This document shows positions 41,100 to 54,010 of a stretch of DNA of 64,000 nucleotides, piece by piece (positions within the stretch are counted from its first letter, which is position 1; each line of letters begins with the position of its first letter). The DNA is from Octopus sinensis (Eukaryota). The translations under genes were made by a program, and so were the position numbers. The stretch lies in contig NW_021832829.1 in the NCBI RefSeq assembly GCF_006345805.1, forward strand, positions 248,001 through 312,000, read 5' to 3'. The notes under the pieces were generated by a model that made no database searches, was not told the origin of the DNA, and saw only the letters and a program-made list of their open reading frames with translations.

Positions 41100-41991
41100 A
41101 TCAGGACGACGCATGTTCGGCTGTTTATTTTGTCCGCAAACCAGGATACTAATGACAGTTGTTTTTAATATTCTTAACCCATATAAAGAATATCATACAC
41201 TGAAGGGGTTGATAGTTAATTGTTCTTCTTCAGAACTATAACATATGCAGACTATCAAGTCAAGATTTTTCATGTTAATTTATGACATGGGCGGTTAAAT
41301 ACGCATTTTCAGCTGGTTGAATTTGGCCTTGAATAAATTTCAAATCAGTAAACTCTCTTCAATTTGCAAATTCTTAAATTTGCAACAACAATAAGACTAC
41401 TTTTTACTACCATGGTTTATTGTGATTCTAGTGATTGATACATTAGACTTACTATCAAACAAACGTACAAATATTGCGTTATAAAGATAACAACAACTTA
41501 TTATCATGCTAATGGATTTGTGATAAATTTTCTTCCTTGTTTAAATTGAACATTTGCGGAGATCAGATTTATAACCTGCCTTTAATAAAATTGCATTGTC
41601 ATCAAGAAATCTTTCAGCTAATTCGATTTTCTTAAGCTAAGGGAAAATTTCCGATTCTGATGCAGGGAATTTCCCGCAAGATAAACGACTTTTTTCCCAA
41701 AAATTGGATTAATACAGGCTATTTAGCTTTTATTTAATTTAGATCGTTTAGTTATCTTTTGGAAATTTTCTTCTTCAAAAGAATCGAGAAAATTGACACA
41801 ATTCGATTTAAGCTATGAGCTTTATTTTCATCAATGAACTTAATAATTCTTATCTTTTCCTAAAAAGATAACTGAGTAAAGTTCCGCATGGTTAATAAAA
41901 GTGAAAAAAGCATTTTATTTTAAATTAAAAATAGTCCCTAGTAACTGAAATTTTCGAGTAATTGGGGTCGGGACTAACCGGGGTTGAACTG
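41100..41991 (-). mobile_element. Highly degenerate pogo/Tigger-like element
   Basis: TA|CAGTTCAACCCCGGTTAGTCC TIR-like end at 41991, followed by a stop-riddled frame starting EKIRIIKFIDENKSS (HTH-psq-like). Left boundary unknown. Confidence 0.4.
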
Positions 41992-42264
41992 TATTTGACT
42001 TCCAAAGTAGAGGAAGAAAGATTAAAAAAAGATTAAAACTAAGCCCCACTTAAAAGTCTATCTCATTCGTTTTTTACTTTTACATTAGCTAGGAACATCA
42101 GCAAGCGTGCAAAAAATATATTGAAATTTTATATTACCCGATTTATATTAGGCTCAACATAATCTTAATCACCTTGGGCAAAATATATTAAATAGTTTAT
42201 TATCATTTACTTTTAATGGTGCTACACGTAGTGGAATATCATACTTGTTATTTTGAACGTTCAA

Positions 42265-42345
42265 GGGATTCTTGGTCAAATCCTCCAGCACCAAAGTTCA
42301 AAAGCATCCTTTTTTCCGATTATCCACTTTTTCAGTATTCACGTA
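42265..42345 (-). mobile_element. RTE (BovB-like) RT remnant
   Basis: RKKDAFELWCWRI*PRIP matches the RIDAFELWCWRRLLRVPW motif. Confidence 0.65.
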
Positions 42346-42780
42346 CAAATTGTGGGCAACGCGATATGTGCTAATAATAATAAAAACCTAACCTAAACAA
42401 GCACAGGTAAGGAGACCATGCATAAACTGCAATAATAAACTCACTTCCTCCAGACAGTTTCTATAACGTTTCTCAGAAAAAGCTCGACTGTCATTTAACT
42501 CTATTGTAGCATAACTCAATGGAAGTGAATCTGTCTTTAATATTAATTTCCGAACTTCTGTGTAATATTATCTGGAATCCCCGAGTCTAAAAAATATCAT
42601 AAAAACCAGCTTTAACGGTACACATTGATCTCATTGAGAAACAAACAAGACCCATTGGTGTTTATACATCAAGGCTCTTCATCCGTACGACTAAACTAAT
42701 GTGGGAACAAGAATTGACTACTACCAGTGAAATATTAAAAAAATAATAAAGCCTAAAAGGAAAGACGGAGGAGAGTAATA

Positions 42781-43721
42781 TTAATCATTATTTTCGTCAC
42801 TTGAACTACTATAACCAACGACGAGTGTGGGCTCAAATTTGACACAGCACTCAGTCTTAATTTCCTCCATGTCGGGAGCCTCTTGCTTTATTTGTCGACT
42901 TAAAACGTCAAAATCGTTAATTTTTGTTATCTTGAAAGAACTCTTTAAATTTGTTGCATTCCGTTTTTTGCTGGAATATTCCAATTCTTTGGTAACCGAC
43001 TGGAAAAGCAATTCCTCGTCATCAATTTGATTTTTCTGTTCTGCCTGGAGTGCAAGTAAATCACTGGAATAAAATAAAAAGGCAACCGCAAGGCCTGTTC
43101 ATCTTGATCTTCCTCGGTGGGCTGATCTTGCTCAATGATATCCTCGTAGTTGATCACGTTTTTCTTGATGAGATTACTGTCTTGAATAATTTCTAATGCC
43201 TCCATGTTTTCCATTTCCTTGTAAGACTGCTTCGTCCGGCTTTCGAGCAATTTCATGGGGTTGTTCGCCTCTTCTTCTTTTTCTGCCTCCATTTCTTCCT
43301 TTGCCTGCTTCTGTGCCATTCTAAGCGCCTGAAATGCTCTCGTAGCTCCAAATTCCATGGCATAATCCATGTTGGCCAAATCGGTTTTGAATGTGATTTC
43401 GGACACACAGTTTGGACAGCGAATGTAGAACCTCATTATGGTCAGTCCCAGGTAGTCCTCACCATACACATCCTCCTTCCTTGCGTTGAATTTCTTTGCC
43501 TTATGGATATACTCTCCGCATGTATTACATCTACCATTGTATTTATAGCTTGATAAACCTCATATTAAAAGGGGCCATCACCCTAATGTAGAATTGGTGA
43601 TTTTTACGTCCTCCTATTCGAGGGATGTTGTTGGGATCAAAATCGGGGGGATAATATTTCTATAAATGTAATATATATTTATATATATTACATTAAAAAC
43701 TTTCCTTTCAGTTCCAGTCAT
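42781..43721 (-). CDS. YJU2: Splicing factor YJU2 (CCDC94)
   Basis: [59 protein letters not shown]...FKTD and [11 protein letters not shown]. Confidence 0.92.
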
Positions 43722-44191
43722 TTTATCACTACAAGAACTATTATAAAATTAAATATATATTTTAATTAAAATATTATATAAGTTCAAAATAAATATTTAA
43801 AATCTCAAATTTAATATTCTCTCTTGAGGCTTGCATACTTAGAAATACATGTACGCAACACTTTGAAGCTTACTCTTCAGTATCCAAAGAAATTTTGGTT
43901 ATGCTTTATGTGCGAGTCACTTTTTTTTCTTAAAAAAGTTTTTTGTGCAAATATTGCAAAAGTTTTATTTTAAAATTCTAAAGGTCAAATTTTTGAATTT
44001 AACATTTTCTTATCCTATAAAATCAAGTCTACCGTTAAATAAAAAATGTGTAAGAGAACTGAACTAAAAACCCAACAAGATTGAAAATTAATAAATCTGA
44101 TAGGCTAAATTCTTGCTGTTTTGTGTTTATTTGAGAAAGTATAAAATTGGTCAGAAAAATATTCAATAAATATAAAATATAATGTTATAAA

Positions 44192-46540
44192 TTAGTCGTA
44201 TCTGTTTTCTGTTATTATCAGACATTTTGGTTTATGCTTACTAGGGTAGATGGGCCCTTCATACCAGCGCTTGGTCATCAAATCAAATATATCAGTTTCC
44301 ATTACAAATTCAGATTTTTCCTTTTTATAGCCACTTACAACAAATAGTTTGTGGAAATATAAAACAGTCCCTAAATGTGATCGTGGATTCTGAACACATG
44401 TTAAAATGGACCAATCGTTTCTGACCACGTCATACTTTTCAATGAAATATACAGGACTCCATCGACCGGATATCTGCCACTCCCCTCCTACAGCGAGGAG
44501 AAACATATCATATGATATTAGTCGGTGTCCAGCACGGGAAATCAGCATATTGGACTTTTCTACCCATTTTTTTGAATTTTCGTTAAATTCTAAAGTCAAG
44601 TGAAGTGCTGGTCCTCCAGGAATAAGTTGGCCTCCAGAAATATAGACAATTCCTTGATGAAAGGCAACGGCGTGATTCATTAAACTGAAAGGGAGAGGTT
44701 GAAGCCATTCCCATTTGACACCTTCATCAAGAATTTCTACGCATCTCAAAACACGCTCTTTCTCAAGAATATCGGTTGTGAAAAGAGGACCATGTTCAGT
44801 CAAATATTTTATGTAGCCATCGTTTCCAACTTGTTTAGTTAGCTGTACTCGTTCGCATAAGAGCATTTCCTGAAAGTCTTCAAAATCTTTGTCAAGACCA
44901 AGACATTGACATCCTCCAGTAATCACAAACCTGGATCCTTCAATTGCCACTGCACATCCATATCTGCTTGGAATCATTTCTGTGTCTACATGCCAAATTG
45001 TATTGGACGTGCTGATATTTAAAGACATAATACTTGACAAGGAACGCCCATTTATCGACTTTCCACCAATAATGAGTATTGAATTATTTAGGAAATTTAT
45101 TTCGAAATCTGTTACATTTTCTACATGTTCACAAATACGATATGGTTTCCAAGACAAAGGATGAAAATTAGGATCGAGGCAATAAATCACCGAAGCGTCA
45201 CTTGCTCCTAAAATTTTATTTTTCTTAAAACCGTCTCCTGTATTTATAGAAATGATTAGATCCTTTTTCCTGAGTTTTGGCCGAGCTTCTGAAATTTATA
45301 TATATCAAAAATAGTGCCTGTGCGATTTACTTGGGGCCAGGAAATCATGGTGATATCAAGTATTCAATTTGTATAAAAATGTATTTTTATTGTGTAATAC
45401 AAGATATACGTGCTCTCTCACCTGATGGATTAATTTAAAAATAATCGCAAAGATCAATTCTCTCAATCAATTAATATGTTGTATCGATTTGAAACACGAA
45501 AGACACAAATCTAGTATAACTCCGAAGAGTACTGGAATTATTTGATCGACCAAAATTATTTCTTTATATAACACATATTATCGATACACATTTTTTTGAA
45601 TTCGAAATTATTTGATCGATACAGCCGATCATTTGAACTCAGATATATGATCTAATAAATTACCGAAGAAGTCGTTTCTCCAATGACTTACATTATCAAA
45701 TAGTATTTTTCTACACTTTAATCTGCAAATATCGTTTAATTATTCAAAAATAGCTGTAAAATGGTACTTATCGAACTCAACATTTTTGTACAAATTTAAA
45801 TAACATTGGTAAACGACCATTTTACATATTCTGCAGAAATACATAAATTACTCGTACTGTTTCTATTCAGTGAGAGCGTCAAAATTTTATAAAGCTTTTC
45901 AAATATTTTTAGATTGTTGAAAAATCTTGTGGCTTATATTTATTCTAATTATTCCGCTGATTTTCCGCATTTTGTCCCAATCTTTCAAATCAGAAAATCA
46001 TTGAACAATAGTTATCTAATTTCAGCGTTAAAATAATATTGAAAATGACAGTGGACATTAAAAATAATATTTTTTGCATTGTAAATAAAGAATTATGAAT
46101 TCTTTCAACAAACAATTATTAACTTTTTTGTGTTCTCATAAAATTATGGAACTCTATTTTCACCAAAAAATTAGTATATATGAAGGAATTAACAAAATAA
46201 ACATTCTTTAGTATAAGTGAAACTTTTTAAATACGAATTAATACTCCTGAGTAAAAAAACTTCATAATAGTGAATAATTATTCTTTTGGGTATTCATTTC
46301 GAATTATACAAAGCACAAAAAACTCAATGTGCGTGGCATCTTGTGATATCTTATCAATCCAACGATGATTTGACCAAAAAATCGAGACTAATTTTTATTA
46401 CTCGATGGTAACTTTTGAAGGATATATTAGTCAAGTTCTTTATTATTCTTAAATTGGTGTCGATATTTTAAATTCGTTGTCGAAAAAACTATTATCATTT
46501 CCAAGCTGTGTTTTTTTGCTTGTTTTATACATTTTTTAAG
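44192..46540 (-). CDS. BTB-BACK-Kelch (KLHL family) protein
   Basis: Kelch repeats in ORF 44192-45190 (IVYISGG, LLAVGG, IEKYD...W, LFVVSG, W..GP). Upstream BTB-like fragments YHRVIKISLDF (about 46400) and FTIMKFFYSG (about 46260). The 5' boundary is uncertain. Confidence 0.7.
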
Positions 46541-47098
46541 TATATACTAGTTTAAAAAAGCAAATTTTATTTTAAAATACAATCTCGGTTCTTTTTGGCT
46601 GGAGCTATTCTTAGATAGAGCAGCTTTATTTGGCTAGAATCTTTCTATTCCAACTCTTTAATTCATAGGATTCATAAATTTCAACAATTTGGTGATATCA
46701 TGACCTCAAATACGGCATACTAACCACAGATGCGAGTGCAAAGAGAAATAATTGCTAAATCAACCCATTAGTCAAGTGACGAGGGCAAATATAACATTAT
46801 CGTACTAATTCGAAATAAATTAGGTAACTCAAAATACTTAAATTATATCTTTGAAATAAAAATTATTTTTACTTGAAAATTATTTCAATTGTATTATAGT
46901 CACGAGGAAATTTGTGGTTACATGAATTAAAAGTTTTTGAAATGTTAAAAAATAGACAATCAAAAAAATTAATGGTACCATTTGTATAAATCTGCGGTTT
47001 GAGGGAAAAATTGGAATCCATTGTTAAATGCGCTTGATGTCAGCGTTACTACGCTGATTCTGCACTTGAAAAGCAAATATGAGCGTTAGTCATAAGTC

Positions 47099-47739
47099 AT
47101 GAGTTACCAATTCTATAATGATGATAAGTGGAATGAAAATTTTTATCTCGATCTCGAGCCGTCTGAAAACCTAAAGAAAAATCAGATCAGCGGTCAATTT
47201 AATCAACCAGATTTTACACAGTTTTCACCCTTCTTTCCTGATATAATGAAATTTCCCGATAACTATGAAAAAAATTCATGCTCTATGATATATCCTAATT
47301 ATAAGTCTTCGAACACGGATTTTTACCCTTCGAGTATCTATAACTATTTAGAAGATATTCAAAATAACGCCGATTCTAATTTCAAACATCTATGGGATAG
47401 CAAACTAACGGAAAAAAACTTGTCCACAAATACAAATTATTTAAAAGACTCACTTGGAAGGTATGTTGATTTTTTTTATCCATGAAAGTGAATAGTTCTG
47501 GTACTCATCGAACTAGACAGACATACACTAAAGATCAGACAAATCTCTTGCAAATTGAATTCCAAAAAGGGAGATATCTCACTAAAAGAAGAAGAAAAGA
47601 ATTAGCTTTGCAGACAGAACTATCAGAAAGGCAATTGAAAATCTGGTTTCAAAACAGACGAATGAAGTGGAAAAAAGAAAACAATATTGAATCTCTTACT
47701 GGTCCAGATAGCGATTATTACTCACTCTCTTTACAATAA
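47099..47739 (+). CDS. Lox5: Central-class Hox gene, Lox5-like homeodomain protein
   Basis: Homeodomain [10 protein letters not shown]...[12 protein letters not shown]...[19 protein letters not shown] followed by NIESLTGP, similar to the spiralian Lox5 KLTGP parapeptide. Two ORFs join in frame if intron 47461-47495 is spliced. Confidence 0.8.
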
Positions 47740-48559
47740 CTCGCATTAATAAAATTATCGATATAAATCTTTAAACAATATTTATTAAAATAAATTTTTT
47801 AATTTTCTTAAATGTCTGCGACCACCATCCAGCTCGAATAAAATTTTTAAACTTTAACTGACTATTGCCATAGCAGAGCTGAGAGCAATGATCAAATTCG
47901 TCGGGATCACCTAGTTAGTTTTTTCTTTCGGTTAACGGTGGTCTTTGGAATAAATTTTGATTTGAGAAACTGCTTTTTTGCTTATCTCGTAAAAAATATT
48001 AACTCTTAATTATACTCTTAATTCTGACATTTTTAGAGAAAATATTTAAAGAAAATTTCTTAGTTTACTAAAACGGTTAAACTATTATCCTCACTTGATG
48101 TCACCTAGATTGCAAAAACTGATTAGATAACCAATTCCTTGTAGAATATATTAATTTAACTTCAATCTTATAACTATTTTAATAAATATGAAAATTTTCT
48201 TAAAGTATAGTGCAAATCATGTAATACCACTAACAGGCGTGTATCTCTATATTGTTCGTTTGTTACCGCAAGTTAACCAAATTTTTTTGGATTCATGTCT
48301 CAATTTGGGATTAATTAGAATAACATGTTCTCTCTCTTAATCTTGAAACAAATTCCTGGCACAAGCAAAACTTTAGGCACTTACGTGCGCTTATGGCAAC
48401 GCGGATGTGCTGTGTTAATTTGGCAGATGAACATTTACTTTTAAAAATATTTTATTTCTTTGCTCTTCAACAAACTTCAATTGATAATAAATATTCAAAT
48501 TTTATTTATCAATGAAGGATCTGTTCTGAGATCCTTTAAACTTTTTATTATTTAAAGAC

Positions 48560-48800
48560 CAAACACGGGCAAAGCCAGTTAATTATAGTTATTCCCGTGA
48601 TCGCCGATCCAAACGAGGGAGATCCTTCTGAAAGGTTCAATCCTTCCCGCAAGATCGGCCTGAGACGACGATGTCCCAGGGTCTGAGAAGCTAAGAGTCC
48701 TTTTTCGGTAGGCATTAAGTGCCTCCTGAGCGTTGCCATATCCGGAGGAATTTCCAACTGACATGGTGGACCCCGTAACGCCACGCTAAGCCCGGAAGGT
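48560..48800 (-). mobile_element. RNase H-like remnant of a non-LTR element
   Basis: GNAQEALNAY...RISLVWIGDHG resembles SDSQAAL...LVWIPGH. GC-rich island. Confidence 0.45.
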
Positions 48801-49189
48801 AAGAGATCTTTTATAGAAATGCCTGACTGCATGGCTTATTCTATACTCAACCCAGTTTGGGCAATGGGACTGAGTTTTTAACTAACTAATATTGACTAAA
48901 GTTGGAAGTAAACTTGTAGATGTAATGACCCAAAGTTTAACTTTCACTTGGAATAACCACGAAATCTTTTGAGGTTATTAGTCTAATTCAGGAAAATTAT
49001 CGCCGTAAAGAATAATTTCAAGAAACTTCAACTAACAAGCTCGCTAGCATATTCTTGTGTCGCAAATAACTAGTACACAAACACATTAGATAGATACCAA
49101 CTATGACAAATTAATTCCCCAACAAGAGGTTACAGTTAATTTATATTATTTTTTATAAATGGATTTCAATTCAAAATGAAAGGGTTATT

Positions 49190-49550
49190 GGAATAGTTCG
49201 GTTATTAGCGGATAACCAGATTACATTACCCCTGACTACAAGCAGGAAAACTCGCTTGATCAGATATCGGTGCTCGGATGGGTCGCTATTAACCCTTTTC
49301 ATAAGCGTCCTGATTTGTCGGACCAAGCTACAAGTGAATGGCCTCTGTATTCTAGACGTCTCGACTGCCAGCGGGACAAACACTTTGCCATTCCCTACAT
49401 TAACATACTTCCCGCGCCTCTTCTCAACGGCTTTTTTGATGGGGCTCCAGGGCTTTCGAGGGACGCATGTTATGAGGAGAAAAAGAGTTTGCGCATGTAT
49501 CGTCTCAAACCAGACACTTTCCCCTTTAAAAGAGAAACTGCAAAAATTCC
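49190..49550 (-). mobile_element. CRE-like non-LTR 3' fragment
   Basis: KAVEKRRGKY...FVPLAVETS...HRYLIKRVFLLVVRGN. Confidence 0.75.
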
Positions 49551-49929
49551 TGTAGGTTCCAGTCAAGATTGTAATTTAACAATACGGAGTGACCGACAGA
49601 TGATCTGGTTTAGTTTACTATGGCATTACGAGCGTTGAATTCCTTACAAAATAAAAGATAATGATAGTTGAGCTTATTAATCTGTACCCTAAATCGACAT
49701 TGTGGTTTCAATCTTCGCAGATTTGTCGTCCAGAAGGCAAACAGTTGTCTCACAAGGGTAAGAGTTTAGTCGAGCACTGTTCAGGGCTGTTTCCTCATTT
49801 TTAAGTATGCCAGTTGGCCTTTGTCCGTAGGTTTGTTCACTCTTTTGTACCCTTTGACATAGATTAGTGATATTTACTGTGATTTGCGGGTGACATTCGA
49901 TCATATAGGCAGTCCCAGTAAAAAATTAA

Positions 49930-50643
49930 GATTTGCCAGTGGCTGCATCTCAAATAGTAAACGAGTTATCTCGCAAGATTGGCATAGATATTTTCTGTTA
50001 CAGTCAGCTGGTTTCCCGGTGGTCAAAGGTCTTCTTTCTGATCAGTTTCCCAATTATAGACAGAATCCTCTTCTAACACTTGTCTCCATGGCAATTGGGG
50101 GGAAGTTGTATGCGTCAGGAAAGGACGCGTACTTCCTCCGTTTGGTTTCCTCGGTCTTGTGTGACGCAAAGCCAGGACACGACGCAGACTGAATAAAGGT
50201 CCCTGGAGCAAGTGTGTCCGCAAAGGTTACGTCCCATACAAGACACTTCCTTTCGCTGAATGAGAAGACCGTCGTTCCGTTCAGACGCTTGCCGTCTTCA
50301 CGATGAAAACCAGTTGGCTAAGTGTCAATAATTCCTCTGAACAAGAGCACTGAGGAAAAATACGCCCCGTGTGCTGAGTCAGCTGAGGTAATCAGACCGA
50401 TGTCTTCAAGGGAGACTGGTAGGCTGTCTCAATTCCCGTGCATCAAACCGCATGTTCAGACTGCTTTCTACGCATACATTCAGCGTGATTTCTAGTAAGC
50501 TGCTTGCTTTATACTACTCTGCTGTTCCAATAGGTTAGCTTTGAGATAGCTGGAATAGACTTTCTCAGAGGTCTATAGTGGCAGAGAAGACGGGGAGATA
50601 AAAAGTAGGCGCATGGACTGCCATCCTCTGTTCACTTCGAAGG
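49930..50643 (-). mobile_element. CRE-like non-LTR fragment
   Basis: GKRLNG...LWDVTFADTLAPGTFIQSASCPGFASH...KRRKY...PIAMETS. DNA nearly identical to 31680-31718 over IQSASCPGFASH. Confidence 0.8.
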
Positions 50644-50651
50644 CTCTAAAC

Positions 50652-52609
50652 CAGGGGTGCGCAAGTGCGGCCGCGAGTCGATGAATGTGCGGCCGTGGGC
50701 ACAATTAGGTCATCGAGCAACTAATCTTAAATATAATGCTCATAGTGTTAATTAATCAAGAAAAACCCTAAATAATAATTAAAAATATTCATATTAAATA
50801 AAATTCTATTTTTATATAATGGTTAACCTTTTTTAAAAGTAATTATCATAAACGGCTTAATTTATTTATGTCATTACTAGGGCAACCAATTGCAATTTTT
50901 GCAATTAAATATAATTTAATTAAAATTCGATAAATAATAAAGTAATGAATAGACATTAATTTTAATTATATTTTATTCGATTTAAATTTGCAATTTTTGC
51001 AATTTTTGTAGTCATTTTACAATTTTTTGCAATTTTTTTAAATTAAAAAAAAAATTTTTTGAAGTTGTGGTTACAAGATGGGGAAGCTGGCTAAAAGCAG
51101 CAAAATATTACTCCCAGAATCTTCCAGAAATTATTAAAATCGTATCTGAATTTGAAGGAGATGGAGTTTTAATACAAAATGTTTTAGTTTTTAATTATTT
51201 TAGGCAAAAAAATCAGTGAATAATCCTACGTTGTTTCCAAGCTTAACCCAAATCAGTTCAAATTATTTGGGATTAATTGAAATGATTTCAAATACTGAAT
51301 TGCTTGATTACTCCATTGCAACAGCTTATGGTGATCTAAACACCCTAGACTTTACATCAGATCCATGCGACATAAAATCCTATATATCAAAAAAGCTTGA
51401 GAAATCAGGAATACTAAGTATTCTTGAATTCTCAAATAAGAATCTATCGCCAGAAGTTTATTCACATCTCAGAAAATGTAGCGCAAGTTCAGCATCTATC
51501 GAAAGGGCAATATCTCTTTTGACGAAAATTCTTAGTAAAGAGAGGAACTTTAAACCTGAAAATGTTCAGGAATATTTGATTTCCTATTACAATAAATAAT
51601 TTCGTTAATTTTTTGCATAATGTAATGTTTACAATTAAAAAAAATTATTTTTGCAATTTTTTACAATTTTTAAAATTCATTTTTGCAATTTTTTTTATTA
51701 AAAAGTGCAATTTTTTGGTTGCCCTAGTCATTACCTGTTAAAAGACGACGTTCTTTGAATGAAGAAAAAAGAAAATTTAATATCAACTGGGAAAGTGAAT
51801 ACTTCGTAGTCGAAACAGACAACAATAGCATGCAATGCTTATTGTGCCATGAGATTGTGAAAACTATAAAACGGGACAATGCTAAACAATATTTTCAAAG
51901 ACATTTAGACCACCTAGTTGTCAAGTCCAAGTGTTCAAGAGAAGATTCCGTCGAAAATTTGAAATACAAATTGAGACAACAAAAAAATGTTTAAAAACTT
52001 TTTTAAATGTGGCAAATGCAAGAGTTGAAGCATCCTTTCGAGTTGCTCATATCCTTGGATCTGCTGGAAAATCTTTTTCAGACGGCGAACTTGTGAAAAG
52101 ATGTATCATGGAATCAGTTAAATGCATTGATCCCGACAAGGAGCATAACTTTGAAGCAATTCCACTTTCACGTGACACAATTCAGCAAAATGAAATATTT
52201 AAAAAGTCAATATAGATCTCGGATAACGGATGCAAACTTAGAGTCATGTTTGCGCATAATGATATCTATCCTACCAGTGGATTTCAATAAGCTCACAAAA
52301 AATACTAAAGATCCTGGCCTTCATTAGAATAACTTGTATAATACATTTCTTTTAATTAATTTTCCTTCTTTCTTATGTTTTGTCCATGAAATAATTATTT
52401 ATTTTAATAATATGATGTCCCTGATGAACGAGAGCATTTCCTGTCCAAGAACTCATTCGGTCTCGATGACAACTTATGCGGTCACTTGTAATAATTAAAA
52501 AAAATTACTATATTAATATCGAAAAAATAATGCAGAAAATGTGCGGCCGTGGAAGAGAAGGAAAAAAAATGCTATGCGGCCGCAAACCCGAAAAGCTTGC
52601 GCACCCCTG
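50652..52609 (+). mobile_element. hAT (Buster/GTF2IRD2-like) deletion derivative with TIRs and 8-bp TSD
   Basis: TIR CAGGGGTGCGCAAG at 50652 and CTTGCGCACCCCTG ending at 52609; TSD CTCTAAAC at 50644-50651 and 52610-52617; transposase fragments KRKFNINWESEYF...CLLC, KSFSDGELVKRC and RSRITDANLESCLRI. Confidence 0.92.
50878..51726 (+). mobile_element. Nested second hAT-type element (TAGGG TIR) with 8-bp TSD
   Basis: TAGGGCAACCA...TGGTTGCCCTA; TSD GTCATTAC at 50870-50877 and 51727-51734; subterminal TTGCAATTTT arrays; ORF 51216-51599 with SSASIERAISLL, a hAT dimerisation-like motif. Confidence 0.9.
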
Positions 52610-52772
52610 CTCTAAACTTAGGAAATTAATTAGTTTTGGCGATTCATCTAATTTAGTTAACTTCTCTATTTTACTTGTTATTAAAAAAAATTAGTTAATT
52701 AGTTTCTTTTTATTAATAAAGGATTTTAATCTTTAGTTGTTAATAAATTTGATTAAATAAATTACGAAATAA

Positions 52773-54010
52773 TTATTTTTTAGGTTTTCTTCGAGGGGCC
52801 TTTTTTTTATTTTTAATTTCGATAGTTTTTGCGATTTTATAAGACCTCCAGAAAGCTTGGATGATTTTCGCTGCTTTTTGCTGCTGTATTTCCGTGTTTC
52901 TCTCCTTTTCAAATTGATATTTGAGTTTTTCTTTTTCGGATATAATTGGATTGTATTCGATTTGCAATTCGGCCAATTTCTCTTGTAATTCGTCGTGCTC
53001 TTTTCTTTCTTCCTGATAAACCCCGTCGATCTCGTCTATCTGATCCTAAAAATGATATATTTTTTGCTACTTGTAGATCCTGCATTTTCTCGTCGTATTT
53101 CTGAATAATTGCTTCTATTTCACTTTCAATTTTATATTTTTTCTATTAGTTACAATGCAAAAATTCCAACCCCTCTCCAATTTTGCTCAACAATTTTATT
53201 CCGTTGAATTGCGCTCTCTAATTGCTTTTTTTCGGTTTCCAGTTCCTTTTCAAGTTTTTCACTTTTCTTAGCTCTTTCAGACTTTTCGATTTCACATTGA
53301 AGCTCTGATTCTCCGACTGTACGTCGAATATATTCATCTGAACATTTCTGAATATTTTCCAGTTGGGCCTGCAATTTTCTTATGATTATATCTTTTTCTT
53401 TCAACTATTAATTTAAAAATGATTTGCAAAATACTTCATTTTCTTTTTCTTCAGCTAAAAGATTAACATCATCTTTTAGTTTTTTGAGTATTGTTCTTTC
53501 AGATGCGTTTTTATTTGAAAGATTTGTCATGTTTATTATTTTTTCGGATTCTTCGGATGCAGAAATCACAAGCTTTTCAATTATAAAAGAACGATAAATC
53601 TCTAGAAGTTCAATAAACTTGGATTTTTCAATTTTTTCCATTAAACTGGAAACAAAATCGTTTTTTAACATCACTTCCCGGCATATATTTTTAAAAGAAA
53701 ACGACAAAGCTTTTTCCTTAGATGGAAATGTCGATTCTGGTTTAAAGGATTTCAACAACTTTTTATGAGTTTCAATTAAAGAAATGAGTTTATCAGACAT
53801 TTGTTCGCTGCTTTTAAAAATAAGCTCTAAATTTTCTCCAATAATACACTCTGTGATTAGTCTATTGATTATTTCAACTATTTTCTGTGATCCAATGAAT
53901 ATCATTTTTCGTTTTGAAACATTTTCTAATGACTCGAAAAATTTAATATCCTTAAAATCATTGTTTAGATAATAAATATCCAGTTCTGATAACTTTTTGG
54001 AAACTTGCAT
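52773..54010 (-). CDS. IQCD: IQ-domain protein D / dynein regulatory complex subunit 10
   Basis: Long coiled coil and C-terminal IQ motif AAKIIQAFWRSYK followed by a Lys-rich tail (KKKAPRRKPKK). Confidence 0.65.

Noticed and set aside
47483-47485. TGA read as Trp to give YP(W) in the Hox gene
   Set aside because: Read-through stays out of frame with the homeobox and meets another TGA, and TGA is a normal stop in KIF3A, TRMT12 and NDUFB5.
49689-49904. 71-aa minus-strand ORF between CRE copies
   Set aside because: No recognisable motif; most likely a TE-derived spacer.
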